From IMG/VR virus record IMGVR_UViG_3300033153_009397, positions 16,004 to 80,003 of that record: a DNA stretch of 64,000 bases; one strand, given 5' to 3'. The notes under the pieces were generated by a model. The model did not search any database. It was not told where the DNA came from and saw nothing but the letters and a program-made list of their open reading frames with translations. Shown here piece after piece: positions 48,245 through 58,730 of this stretch (within the stretch, counting starts at the first letter, position 1; every line of letters begins with the position of its first letter). The stretch is from a virus. Both the position numbers and the translations under genes were made by a program.

Positions 48245-49807
48245 TTATTGTTTAGGAGTATTTATATCTTCTTCTAACTCGCTTAAGTTTGTAGTCTTAA
48301 TGATATTCTCTAGAAACGTACCTTTAACATCTAGCTGGAAACCGTCTTTATACCAATATGTTGCTCTTGCTATTGTATGTTCATAGAGGTACCTACAATT
48401 ATTGGCAAAGTCCACAAAGACTGCTTGGTGTTTGTTGGCTGCTTTACGCATCAGACGACCTATTGCTTGAATGGTTCGAGTCTCACTTTTCCAGCTACCA
48501 GCCAAAACCATCCCCGATAACTCTGGAAAATCAAATCCTTCTCCTACTAGTTGAGTGGTACAAATTAATATGTCTGTATTTCCATTCATCCAGTTGTTGA
48601 ATTTCTCTTCTCTTTTTGGGTCTTCACCGAAGGTATACGAGATATTTTTATCATCATACTTCCTTCCCAGCTTTTTGGCGTGTTCTATTCTGTCAACTAA
48701 GACCAAAACCTTACCCTCTTTAGTGAGTAATATGGCTTCTTTAAGAATTTCTTCATCTCTCCCTTCATTATCGCAGACGTAATCATCGTATATATTTTGA
48801 TACGACCATCCTCTTGGATAAGACCTTGGGGAAATGCGAACAAATCTTACGGTAGGCATGACGCCTCTTCCTTCTTCCACCATTTTGGTTCGAGTTATCT
48901 TCCCAACGTTTGGGCCAAGAAAGGCATGATAAACTAAATCTGTTTTATCACTCCTCATATCCGGAGTAGCTGTCAGACCTAGTCGATAATAAGCTTGGAC
49001 AGCTCTTAACACTGCTTCTGATTGAGCACTGGCAGCTCGATGACACTCATCATATATTATCATTCCAGCATCTCTCACAAATTTTCGATACATCTCATTT
49101 CGTTTTGCTGTACTTTCTCTTTTATCATAAAACACATTGTAAAGAAAAGGAACAGTAGTAATGAGTATTCTTGGCTTGTTTTGGTGGTCGTGAATTAATC
49201 TATATCCCTTTTCTTTGTCTTCCGGTAGAGATACTTCAAGGAACCAAGTGAATTGTTTTATCCACTGTCTTAGAAGAGTAAGGTTAGGTACAATAACTAT
49301 TGTAGGTACACTCAGTAATCTGATGACATTGATAGCCATCACTGTTTTCCCAGAACCAGTAGCAGCGTAAAGAACACATCTATAATCTAATTCAGCCATT
49401 TCCTCTTGAGCATCACGCTGATATTGTTCAAGCACGATTTCATTTTTCCAAGGTATATGGTCAAGAGTATCTGGAATATCACACTGATTAATTATCTCTT
49501 CTATTTCATCATAATAGAATCCTTCTAAGAGGTACATCAATCCAGAAGGAAACCTATTGGTTTTCTTGTCGAATAGGTGTACTTTTCCAGTCCACTCACT
49601 AACCCAGTAATCTATATCTTTTTTTACAGCCCTCATTTCATGTATATCTCTAGCTTTATCCAGCTTCTTATCTAGTTCCTCAAGCTTGTGTTGTCTGATA
49701 AATTTAGCATTAGGTATATCGTAGCACATCACTTTATCCAGAGATTCTTTTACTTCTTCTGGACAATCGATGATTGTTGCATAGACATTCTCTAGTAATA
49801 TCTTCAT
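48245..49807 (-). CDS. SF2 DExH helicase (UvsW/XPB-like)
   Basis: ATGSGKT, DECH, LTATP, GEGFD, QAIGRLMR. Confidence 0.93.
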   Translation of the reverse strand: MKILLENVYATIIDCPEEVKESLDKVMCYDIPNAKFIRQHKLEELDKKLDKARDIHEMRAVKKDIDYWVSEWTGKVHLFDKKTNRFPSGLMYLLEGFYYDEIEEIINQCDIPDTLDHIPWKNEIVLEQYQRDAQEEMAELDYRCVLYAATGSGKTVMAINVIRLLSVPTIVIVPNLTLLRQWIKQFTWFLEVSLPEDKEKGYRLIHDHQNKPRILITTVPFLYNVFYDKRESTAKRNEMYRKFVRDAGMIIYDECHRAASAQSEAVLRAVQAYYRLGLTATPDMRSDKTDLVYHAFLGPNVGKITRTKMVEEGRGVMPTVRFVRISPRSYPRGWSYQNIYDDYVCDNEGRDEEILKEAILLTKEGKVLVLVDRIEHAKKLGRKYDDKNISYTFGEDPKREEKFNNWMNGNTDILICTTQLVGEGFDFPELSGMVLAGSWKSETRTIQAIGRLMRKAANKHQAVFVDFANNCRYLYEHTIARATYWYKDGFQLDVKGTFLENIIKTTNLSELEEDINTPKQ

Positions 49808-50337
49808 TTATATCCCCTTGGTATCAAGTCTTGTTCTTCTTGTAGTATTCTATAACGTAGATGGAACTTTGTTTGTTCAGCTTCTATCTTGGCTATGAAG
49901 CCGTCGAATATTCTTCTCATCATTTCATTGAGGTGATTCTCGTCGAGAGTATGAGCAACTATTAGATTTCCATCTTCTGTTTCTTCTTTTGTTTCCCAGT
50001 GTTTTCCTTTTCTGTTATAGTCCCACGTCATTAACATACCATCTACGATTTCATCTTCTGGGTTTTTGGTAGCAAGAAACTTTTCTTCTAAATACATTAT
50101 AAGAGTTTTTAGTTCCCAAGCCAGATGAGTTGTTTTTTCTATGAACAATTCTTCTGGAATTACTTCATCATGGAAAGACATTTCTATTGTTACTATCTTT
50201 GCATTCATTGTTCTCAATATATCTCTTGTAGCATTAAACCATCTGCTGATGTTGTGGATATATTGTTTTCTTACTTTTTCATCCATTTTATCTAATTCTT
50301 TCTTGATTTCTTTTGCATCTTTTTTTGGTTCTAACAT
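49804..50337 (-). CDS. Hypothetical protein
   Basis: In-operon ORF. Confidence 0.7.
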   Translation of the reverse strand: MLEPKKDAKEIKKELDKMDEKVRKQYIHNISRWFNATRDILRTMNAKIVTIEMSFHDEVIPEELFIEKTTHLAWELKTLIMYLEEKFLATKNPEDEIVDGMLMTWDYNRKGKHWETKEETEDGNLIVAHTLDENHLNEMMRRIFDGFIAKIEAEQTKFHLRYRILQEEQDLIPRGYK

Positions 50338-50339
50338 TT

Positions 50340-51302
50340 TTATCTTCCTTTTATTTGTTCTAATATACGAGTTATTTCACAGTCGTATTCTGTTCTAAAA
50401 TTAATTGGATTAACCATATACTTCAATGATGTGTAAATATCTTCGTTCATGCACTCTTTAGGTATGTGGTAGTTTCCTTTATATGTTTTTTTTAATTCCT
50501 TTAGATGGAAACCAGTAGGATAATGGGAGGTTTTCATTGATATGGTTTTGTCCAGTCTATAAAAACCGTAATATAATTGGTGTAGATAATGTAGTAATTC
50601 TTTGCTTCTTTTAGACCTTGGTCCTCCTTCTATTGAAGGTGTAGCAAAAAGGACAATTTTTATATTTTCCATTTTCAGTAAGTGTTGAATGATTATGTCT
50701 CCTTGTGGGGAATACTCATCAAGTATAACTATTACCTTTTCATTGTCTCTTAAGATTTTAAGTAGTGTAGCCATGTAGTTTTTATGATGGGCTACAAAAA
50801 ATTTTTTATTCATTATTATATCCCATCTGTTCCATTCTGCTATGGCTTTGAATTTTGGTATATGGTGATAGTATAGAAACGTTTTTTCCTTTTTGTTTGA
50901 TACGATATATAGTATAGGAATGTTATTTGAGAAGGCTATCCTCAATGCTGTTATAGTTTTTCCCGTTCCTCTACCCCAAAGATTAACATACAAACTATGT
51001 TTTCTTACATCAATTACATCTAATTGTTGTTTAGTAGCTTTGAAATCATCTAGTGTTTTTACTTTGGAAGTTTCTTGGGGGTCTATATCTTCTTTCCAGA
51101 CAGTTATAGGTCTTCCTCTATCTAGTCCCATTCGTGCTTTGGTAGATTTTAATACTTTTTCTTTTACCAGCTTATCTAATGCATCAAAAATCGTTGTGCG
51201 TGGCATGTGTAAATAGTTTATTATCGTATCTCTATGCATTGCTCCATAAATAGATATTACTTTCGGCAAAAGTTCAAGTTTATTTATAATCCTTTTTGTC
51301 AT
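50340..51302 (-). CDS. HTH fused to a terminase-like ATPase domain (no nuclease domain)
   Basis: MPRTTIFDALDKL...GRP (wHTH); KQQ, WGRGTGKT, ILDEY, ATP, FRTEYDCE. Confidence 0.65.
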   Translation of the reverse strand: MTKRIINKLELLPKVISIYGAMHRDTIINYLHMPRTTIFDALDKLVKEKVLKSTKARMGLDRGRPITVWKEDIDPQETSKVKTLDDFKATKQQLDVIDVRKHSLYVNLWGRGTGKTITALRIAFSNNIPILYIVSNKKEKTFLYYHHIPKFKAIAEWNRWDIIMNKKFFVAHHKNYMATLLKILRDNEKVIVILDEYSPQGDIIIQHLLKMENIKIVLFATPSIEGGPRSKRSKELLHYLHQLYYGFYRLDKTISMKTSHYPTGFHLKELKKTYKGNYHIPKECMNEDIYTSLKYMVNPINFRTEYDCEITRILEQIKGR

Positions 51303-51353
51303 GTGTGAACATATTGGGCATCTTTATATATAAAGTTGTCGAGCTCGACAAAA

Positions 51354-51902
51354 TTATTCAGAGCTTTTTATGAACATATTAGCTAAATCATCTTCTTGTT
51401 TTTTGTCTTTTTGTTTCTTAGCAGTTTTTCTGGTAGCTTCTAATTCTCGAAGAGCATTAAGAAGTCCTTTGGCATGGTCATTAATGTTTTTGTGACGGAA
51501 TTTAGACAGCTCTGAACCTTCTTTAGTTGAATGACTAAAGGTTTCATCTCTGGATGACTCAATGGCATGGTTTCTCCAGACGTTTACCAAATGAATAAAG
51601 CCCGTCATTATCAGTACCCTATCTACAAGTGATACTCCTCTTTCTTGAAGGTCTGTAAGATAAGCTTTGAATAAGGTTCTTTCTATTTGACATACTCCTC
51701 CATGTTCGAAGAATTTACAAGGAGGTTCAGCATTACGAAGAACACAGTTTACGCATCTCTTGTATGTAGGAGAAAGAACAGTATCTATATCTGCTACTTC
51801 AACAAGGTCTCCTTCAGTTATTAATACGTTAGGTGTTCTGATAAAACCTTCATCTTCAAAATCGTTTTCTGGAGTGATATCTTTATCTTTCATGGTTATC
51901 AC
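51354..51902 (-). CDS. Candidate terminase small subunit
   Basis: Cys cluster, helical body and basic tail near terL. Context inference only. Confidence 0.35.
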   Translation of the reverse strand: MITMKDKDITPENDFEDEGFIRTPNVLITEGDLVEVADIDTVLSPTYKRCVNCVLRNAEPPCKFFEHGGVCQIERTLFKAYLTDLQERGVSLVDRVLIMTGFIHLVNVWRNHAIESSRDETFSHSTKEGSELSKFRHKNINDHAKGLLNALRELEATRKTAKKQKDKKQEDDLANMFIKSSE

Positions 51903-51947
51903 TTGTCATAGTAACATTTAAATGTACCGCATGTTCATTTATATCTA

Positions 51948-52154
51948 ATGAGTAAAGAAGAGGAAGAAGATTACATAGCAGAACAGACGATTACTATTAA
52001 TGCTCTAACTGATGCTCCCATGGAAATATATAACAATGAATATGGTGGGATAGTTATAGAGATAATGGGAGAAAACTTTTATCTTACCGAGAGACAAGTA
52101 AAGATGTTAGAGGATTTTTTTCAAGATAGAAAAGTGAATAATAATGGAGAGTAA
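51948..52154 (+). CDS. Small acidic protein
   Basis: Leaderless after TTTAAATG at ~51917; overlaps the terL start. Confidence 0.6.
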   Translation: MSKEEEEDYIAEQTITINALTDAPMEIYNNEYGGIVIEIMGENFYLTERQVKMLEDFFQDRKVNNNGE

Positions 52155-53796
52155 TGCTGATAAAAGAATAATTAAGGTCATTAAGGGTATGAAAGAAGAC
52201 CCTAATCTCTTCATTGAGAAAACGACTGGAAAGATTCCTTTTTATTATCAGCAAGAGTTTGCTCGTGCTATTAGAGACCACAGATTTGTTTGTGGTTGTT
52301 GGGCAAGACAACTAGGCAAGAGTTGGATAGTTAGAATGATGGCTATCTGGTTTGCTTTTGTTTATCCCAAGAGTTTTATTATGATTGTTTCTTCTACTGA
52401 GAAACAAGCTTACCATTTTTTTGATTTACTTACACAAGATTTACGTGAATCAAATATTCTTTATAAGTCAGTAGTTGATGACCTTAAAGGTTCATGTAAG
52501 TTTAGTAATGGTAGTAAGATTATTACTTGTGCTCCTTCAGAGAAGGCTGTGCGAGGATATTCTGTTGATTTCCTTATCATGGACGAAGCTGACCGTATCC
52601 CCAGAGAGGTTATAGTTGGTTCTCTTGCTACTACTGCTGCCAGACATGGTAGTGTTGCTATGATTTCCACTCCTAACATAGGCGGTATTGGTTCCTATTT
52701 CCATCAATGTTTTATAGATGGTATGGAAGCCAGAAGAAATGGTAATTTAATTGGTGAAAGACACGGTTATGTCTCATTTCATTATAATTGGGAAGTTGGT
52801 CTAACTGTTTATAGAGATGAATATATTAGAGGTGAAAAGGTTAGAGTTACCCAGCTGGATGAGTTCTTTCTTAAATCTCAAAGAAACAGTCTTCCAGAAT
52901 GGGAGTGGAAAAGAGAATATGAAGCTGAATGGGCAGACGAAGCTGGTCAATACTTTAACAAGGTACATATCGAAGCCAGTATTTGGGACAAGAATTATCG
53001 TATGCAAGAGGTTGTTCGGAGTAAAGGTGTCAAGGAATATATTGGTGAGTTATATGTTCCTAATGTCACTTACTTTGCTGGTATAGATGTAGCTAAACAA
53101 ATTGATTATACGGTTGTTTGCATTGTCAGAGTTCTAGAAGATGGACGTTTCAAGATTGTTTACTTTTTGGAGTGTCAAGGACGAGACTATCCAGAACAAG
53201 AACCTTATATTATTGAAGCTCTTTACAAGTATCATGTTCGTAAGGCTTGGATGGACCGTACTGGTGTAGGTGATAGCTTTGTTGATTATGTCACTCGTAC
53301 TGCTTATGCTATCTGTGATGAGCTAGAAAAGATTGAACCCATTTTTCTTAGTAGCCCCAAGAAGATTGAAGTCTTTGGTAATATTACACCTATTGTAGGT
53401 TCTGCTCTTTGTCAATTCCCTAATCATCATCGTTTTCTTAATGAGATGAAGATGTTAAAAGTAGATATTACTGAAAAAGGCAATGTTCAAATTAATGCTC
53501 CTAAAGAGATGTATGATGTCCATGATGATTATCCTAATGCTTTTGCCCTTGCCATGCAATGTGAACAAGGTGGAGGATACTATGGCGAACCTAAGATTGA
53601 CAGCGTTGCTAAGTATTCTGAGATAGTTCAAGCTGAACGTGAACGTCTTGAATTTTTCAATGAATTCTTCCGTGATAGTTCCAAAGTTATTGGTACTAGT
53701 GCTTATGGCAACTCTGACGGTTTCGTTGCCTCAGTTGGAGGTACTAGAAATAGTTCTTATAGTGGACGTAAAAGACGCAGTACTGACCTATTCTAA
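52144..53796 (+). CDS. terL: Terminase large subunit
   Basis: YQQ, WARQLGKS, VRG...MDEA, ISTP, REYEAEW; nuclease motifs GIDVA, DYTV, DRTGVG, HDD. Confidence 0.95.
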   Translation: MESNADKRIIKVIKGMKEDPNLFIEKTTGKIPFYYQQEFARAIRDHRFVCGCWARQLGKSWIVRMMAIWFAFVYPKSFIMIVSSTEKQAYHFFDLLTQDLRESNILYKSVVDDLKGSCKFSNGSKIITCAPSEKAVRGYSVDFLIMDEADRIPREVIVGSLATTAARHGSVAMISTPNIGGIGSYFHQCFIDGMEARRNGNLIGERHGYVSFHYNWEVGLTVYRDEYIRGEKVRVTQLDEFFLKSQRNSLPEWEWKREYEAEWADEAGQYFNKVHIEASIWDKNYRMQEVVRSKGVKEYIGELYVPNVTYFAGIDVAKQIDYTVVCIVRVLEDGRFKIVYFLECQGRDYPEQEPYIIEALYKYHVRKAWMDRTGVGDSFVDYVTRTAYAICDELEKIEPIFLSSPKKIEVFGNITPIVGSALCQFPNHHRFLNEMKMLKVDITEKGNVQINAPKEMYDVHDDYPNAFALAMQCEQGGGYYGEPKIDSVAKYSEIVQAERERLEFFNEFFRDSSKVIGTSAYGNSDGFVASVGGTRNSSYSGRKRRSTDLF

Positions 53797-53841
53797 AATC
53801 GACAGAAAGGGGTCATAAATCAACGAGGTGTCAAGTTTTAT

Positions 53842-55563
53842 CTAGTACATGATAGATGATATACAAGATAAAAAAAGTGAACAGAAAAAAGTTTCTGTTA
53901 GTATTATGTTAATTGAGCTTAATTGAGCTTGTTGACAAATGTATGCAGAATAAACAGTAACTGAATCTCCCCCAGTAGAACGAAACTCAAGAGTAAATTT
54001 TCCGTCTGTAGTTGGCATATCAAAATCTGCGTTGCTCCATGTTCTAGATGAACTAAATGAGCCTTCGCATACTGCTGTGCAAAGAACAGAATCTTCAAAC
54101 TTTAAATTTACTTCGAGATTACTTGTAGTAGCATCTGATGCTCCTACGATAACAAAAACTCCCTTTACTGTGGTGTGACTTATATCCCAGTCAGATACAT
54201 CAAAACTGTGTCCACTACCTCCTATAACGACAAAAGTAGTGTTTGTTGTAGAAGTAGGAAATATACTTTGGTCAAATAGCAATGAATTACAAACATAGAA
54301 TTTCCCCTCATTAGATAAAAGAGGTTCTTTATTATTTAATTGAGTCTGTATAGAGGAAGTAACTCCATCAACATAATTAAGTTCGGTAGTACTGAGAGTA
54401 GCTCCATAAAGAATATTGATTTCCGTTGCAGTAGCGGTGACATCCTTTAAGGTATCTGGGAAACCGTCAACATCGGCTTTAAGAGCAGCAACATCTACAC
54501 CATCAATAGTACCACTTGCAGTTATGTTGCCTACAACATCTAAAGTACTGCTCAAGGCAACTGCTCCAGTAACATCAAGGCCTCCGCTAATAGTAGTACC
54601 GCTCGCTATGTCAAGTGTTCCAGCAATGACCGTATTGCCCGTGACGGGGTCAACCGTCATTTTATTAGTATTAATCTTAAGATGCCCGACAATATCTACA
54701 TTCCCAGCAGCATCAATATCACCAGTAGGAGCATCAACAATGAACTTATTGGTACCTATAGTAAGGTCATTACCCAGACTAAGTGTTCCACCAATAGAAG
54801 TATTTCCATCAATATCCACTGTTCCGCTTACTCCAAGGTTGCTAAGTAAATCTAAGTCTCCAGTAATATCAACAGTAGAACCAAATGTAACAGCACCACT
54901 TGTAGCGAAGGTGCTTTGGAAGTCTACTGCTCCTTCAACTGTTTGCGTTCCGCTTACTACATGATTACCAGTGGTATAAAAATTAGTAAAAATTTGACTA
55001 GTACCAGAAGCTAAATCTAAAATCTTGAATCCATAATGAGAGTAGATGTTAACAGATGTATCCAGCTCTGGATATATATTGGAGGTCGTAAAATCTGGTG
55101 CATGGCGTACATCTGTAACATCTATGGCAGTTGTGCCACTGAGGGTCGCAGTGGCAAGTAGGAGACGAGTGAAAGCTGGTGTATAAGAACCAGAAGCATG
55201 AATAGTGAAATCTTCATTACGAGGGTCACGAGTAACGCTTTCACTGTAACTGTTTAATTCAACATAAATATAATTGTGTCCAGCATCAGAAAGAGTAACA
55301 CTGGTAGCTCCTAAATCAAGGTATCTTCCAGCTATGACTATTTCACCAGCAGCAATATTTACTATTGCTCCTCCTCCAGCAGATGCTGAAGAGCCACTGG
55401 AAACATGTCCATAACTATATCTTTTAAGATGGTCTTCTACATATCGTTGAGTATTTTTAAGTACTGATTGTGTATCGTCCCCACTTAAAGTAACTTGGGG
55501 TGTAACTATACCAGCTCCAGCAGATACGCTTGATTCTGTAATATTATATTTGCTTTCTGTCAT
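53842..55563 (-). CDS. Tail fibre/baseplate-associated structural protein
   Basis: Gly/Thr/Val-rich beta repeats, GTIDGVDVA, TELNYVDGVTSSIQTQLN; lies downstream of the baseplate genes. Confidence 0.75.
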   Translation of the reverse strand: MTESKYNITESSVSAGAGIVTPQVTLSGDDTQSVLKNTQRYVEDHLKRYSYGHVSSGSSASAGGGAIVNIAAGEIVIAGRYLDLGATSVTLSDAGHNYIYVELNSYSESVTRDPRNEDFTIHASGSYTPAFTRLLLATATLSGTTAIDVTDVRHAPDFTTSNIYPELDTSVNIYSHYGFKILDLASGTSQIFTNFYTTGNHVVSGTQTVEGAVDFQSTFATSGAVTFGSTVDITGDLDLLSNLGVSGTVDIDGNTSIGGTLSLGNDLTIGTNKFIVDAPTGDIDAAGNVDIVGHLKINTNKMTVDPVTGNTVIAGTLDIASGTTISGGLDVTGAVALSSTLDVVGNITASGTIDGVDVAALKADVDGFPDTLKDVTATATEINILYGATLSTTELNYVDGVTSSIQTQLNNKEPLLSNEGKFYVCNSLLFDQSIFPTSTTNTTFVVIGGSGHSFDVSDWDISHTTVKGVFVIVGASDATTSNLEVNLKFEDSVLCTAVCEGSFSSSRTWSNADFDMPTTDGKFTLEFRSTGGDSVTVYSAYICQQAQLSSINIILTETFFCSLFLSCISSIMY

Positions 55564-55769
55564 CTCTTTCTACCTTTCTTCCTTTTACTTTTAGGTTTGT
55601 GCTTACTTGAACTTTTCCTTTTCCTTTTACTTTGATTTGCTTTGATAGCTTTTCTAATTTGTTCTCTCTTTCTAGGTCCAATGGGACCATAATTCTTGTT
55701 TCCCCAATACCAATTTTTTCCTTTCTTTCTCCAAGGCATTTGTATCACCTTACGGTGGGGCTGAACCAT
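55560..55769 (-). CDS. Small, highly basic protein
   Basis: K/R-rich; probable start MPWRK at 55739 after GGTGA. Confidence 0.6.
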   Translation of the reverse strand: MVQPHRKVIQMPWRKKGKNWYWGNKNYGPIGPRKREQIRKAIKANQSKRKRKSSSKHKPKSKRKKGRKR

Positions 55770-56478
55770 GAATGGTAAGGGTATAAGTCTTACCTAACGG
55801 TTTAGCCGTATCAATAATATTTTTAAGCATAACTCTGTTTCTCTCCGATTGTTCAACATAGCTCCCACTCATTTGTCCCCAATAATCAAAATGATTTCTT
55901 CTTGGAGTTTCAACATAGTCATTATATTCTAAGTAAATATCTATACTAAACTTATAAAGGTCAACATAACTTTCTAACCAGTAAGAATAAACCGTAGCTC
56001 CACTACCCCATTTACTATTAGCTACATCATTCCAATAATAAACTGCTGCCCCGCTAGAATAGGGGTCACTAATAACTATAGCGGTTGTATCATCTAAGCT
56101 TTCTGCAAAAGCTTCTGGCCCGATGAAATAATAAATAGTTTGCTTTAATGAACCGGAACTACCTCCTCCTTCAAAATACCCCCAATGATATGTTAATCTA
56201 TTTATGAAAGAGTCTGTTGGCTCATCAGCTAGTCTTTCTAACCCCCAATACTTTCCTAACTCATCTAAAGATTCTCCAAGAGCATTGTCGTCAAAAGGTA
56301 TCTCTACCGTTCTTCCTCTATTTCTATGTTCTTGTCTATTATTTATTCTATCTATTGCACAGTCCATAGCAAAGGCTAACTTGTAAGCATTAGTGGTGTC
56401 ATCAGAAACAAATGCTTGAGGAAGATACCTTAATGTTCCACTGCTAACAATTTCTCCAAATTCTTTATACCAAGCCAT
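55750..56478 (-). CDS. Baseplate wedge protein (gpI/gp48-like)
   Basis: GESLDELGKYWGLERL...AKPLG; adjacent to the J-like gene. Confidence 0.7.
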   Translation of the reverse strand: MAWYKEFGEIVSSGTLRYLPQAFVSDDTTNAYKLAFAMDCAIDRINNRQEHRNRGRTVEIPFDDNALGESLDELGKYWGLERLADEPTDSFINRLTYHWGYFEGGGSSGSLKQTIYYFIGPEAFAESLDDTTAIVISDPYSSGAAVYYWNDVANSKWGSGATVYSYWLESYVDLYKFSIDIYLEYNDYVETPRRNHFDYWGQMSGSYVEQSERNRVMLKNIIDTAKPLGKTYTLTIHGSAPP

Positions 56479-58730
56479 TATGCTTTCCTCTCTGAAGTTA
56501 AGTCTATATCATACTCAATAGCTACTTCACTTTTCCATATCTCATCATCTATAATAGCGTTATAAGTAGCTGTGATAGGCATCATTACTACACATCTCAT
56601 TGGTGCTGAAGCCCCGCTCCATGCTCCGTTGTAATATTTGAACAATTCTCCTTTGTCTGGTACTTCACTATCGGTATTAGTACCTATATAACAAGAACCA
56701 CTAGTAGATATACCAGAAGCTACTAACCAGTGTTTTTGTTCTTGGTCAGCTAAAGTAAGAGTACTAGAAAATTCTGCAAAATAATTCTGAGCTGTTGAAG
56801 CGGTAAGAGTAACTGTTCCACTGGTGAGTTTAGCACTAGGAATACCTCCAGAACCAGACCAAATAGACAACTCTATCTGGTCGCCAATAGTACCACTCAA
56901 TGAAACTATAGCTCCAATAACGTCACTGTAATCAAAGCTTTCATAGATGAATACTAAATCATCACCAGTTTGTAAATTCTTACCTACTGTTCCACTGGGA
57001 GGCGCTTCTACAATAGTATCAGCATTGTAAAGAGGATTACGTATCCATTTCCCGCTATTATCTTCAATTGATAAATATACTAAAGGATTTGAGTAATTAG
57101 AAGATATACTTGACCCACTAACGGGATAATTAGTGGTTCCAGATGTATGGCTTTCATGTTGTCTCCAAGACCTTGTACCCATGTAGAATTCTTGTCCAAA
57201 AGAACCACTATTAGAACTGCTGATATCGTATACATATTCCAAGGGATATGTATCAGTCTCGGTTGAGAATACAGATGTAGCCACGTAGAACTTGTTAATT
57301 TGTGAGGAGTAAACTCCAGTAACGTCCATTATTTGTTCAAGCAATTCAGAATAGACAATATCATCTCCTAATCCTAAATTGTTAATATAGCTACTTAAAG
57401 CAGTATTAACTCTTGATATAACTCCATCTCTGTTATACCAATAACCCGTATCTGGAACAATTGTAATATCAAGATAAGTGTACTTGGGAATAGGCTGATA
57501 AACCGTGAAAGTGGAAGCAACGGGCTTCTTTGTACTAATCACTGTAGAGATAGAATTCAATAATGAATTGTCTGTAATAACTTTATCTTCTCCTAATACA
57601 AATACTTGAAAGAAATTCTCTGAAATATAGGGTTTGTTTTCTATATCATAAACTCTGGCTTCTACTACCCCACTAAGGTCCTCTACTGCTGCTTCTATAG
57701 CCGTGTAAGTTGCTGAACCTTGCTTTGTAGATACATTATATATTCTGGTACGTAAACTTTCATCGTCCTCGTCATCTGTTCCATTATTGAAATAATTGGC
57801 TGCACCATTATAAGTTGGATAGTTGGACACAGTGACATTAGATACTTCTACCAATAACTCATCACTTTCCCACATTTTTATTATTGTATTTGTTCCAGTA
57901 TTGTAAGATGACCCAGTACTTACAGCTTCAATTTCTATATGAGTAGTAACCCCTCCAGAAGCTATTGTTCCAATGTAACCACTCTTAGCTTGGAACACTG
58001 CTCTTCTTCCTACAGTAGAAAATCTATGAGACGCTCCTATAATTATATCTGTACCAGAGTCTGGGGTAACTGCTAAATATCCTTCAGCCTTTGTTGCTCG
58101 ATTTCTTGTTATCCCCCAAGGATAAGCAAGATTATCTAAAGATTCTCCAGTAGCGTAACGAATGAAGTTATTCAAAAATAGATAATAATTGTTATTTTCA
58201 ATATTACTCAAAGCAATAGAGAAAGCTTCTACCCATGTATTAGCCACACCCCCAGCTCTAAAACTGGTAATATCTGAAATAAGATTAGCATCAATATATC
58301 GATAGGTTACAAAGAATTTTGAATTATGTTTTGGTTTAGTACCATCATTTATCCATCTTACTGATTGATAAAGAGGATAACTGGGATAAGCGGAATCTTC
58401 TGATGTGGTTAGTTGAGAACCAGTCCAGTAAAGAATATAATCTCCTTCAGTAGATGCTGGTATAGCATCACCTACTTCCCAGTCTGCTCGTCTCCATGCT
58501 GCAACATCATTGTATGTTCCTTCCGGTGGTACCCATGACCCACTAACGTTTATTCCTTCTATGGCATCAATGAATAGTACTCTTGCTGTGCCAACTGAGC
58601 CAGAAAGCACGTATTCGTTTACTTCCTCATCAAATAGATATGCTTCTCTTTCTATTTTAACAATACCATCTCGTATTTGTTCAATTAACATTTCTTTTAA
58701 ATCTTCTGCTGTTTTAGGAACGTAGGACAT
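56478..58730 (-). CDS. Baseplate J-like protein
   Basis: ATGESLD, GITR, GTDDEDDESLRTRI, GVVEARV, LGLGDDIVYSEL, VTGV. Confidence 0.9.
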   Translation of the reverse strand: MSYVPKTAEDLKEMLIEQIRDGIVKIEREAYLFDEEVNEYVLSGSVGTARVLFIDAIEGINVSGSWVPPEGTYNDVAAWRRADWEVGDAIPASTEGDYILYWTGSQLTTSEDSAYPSYPLYQSVRWINDGTKPKHNSKFFVTYRYIDANLISDITSFRAGGVANTWVEAFSIALSNIENNNYYLFLNNFIRYATGESLDNLAYPWGITRNRATKAEGYLAVTPDSGTDIIIGASHRFSTVGRRAVFQAKSGYIGTIASGGVTTHIEIEAVSTGSSYNTGTNTIIKMWESDELLVEVSNVTVSNYPTYNGAANYFNNGTDDEDDESLRTRIYNVSTKQGSATYTAIEAAVEDLSGVVEARVYDIENKPYISENFFQVFVLGEDKVITDNSLLNSISTVISTKKPVASTFTVYQPIPKYTYLDITIVPDTGYWYNRDGVISRVNTALSSYINNLGLGDDIVYSELLEQIMDVTGVYSSQINKFYVATSVFSTETDTYPLEYVYDISSSNSGSFGQEFYMGTRSWRQHESHTSGTTNYPVSGSSISSNYSNPLVYLSIEDNSGKWIRNPLYNADTIVEAPPSGTVGKNLQTGDDLVFIYESFDYSDVIGAIVSLSGTIGDQIELSIWSGSGGIPSAKLTSGTVTLTASTAQNYFAEFSSTLTLADQEQKHWLVASGISTSGSCYIGTNTDSEVPDKGELFKYYNGAWSGASAPMRCVVMMPITATYNAIIDDEIWKSEVAIEYDIDLTSERKA

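Noticed and set aside
54416-54964. 182-aa plus-strand ORF and similar antisense ORFs in polB, primase, helicase and terL
   Set aside because: Antisense shadows of well-supported genes, with no RBS or motifs.
57001-57006. Absolute GCGC avoidance
   Set aside because: GGCGCT occurs here, and rarity elsewhere may reflect low GC and CpG content.
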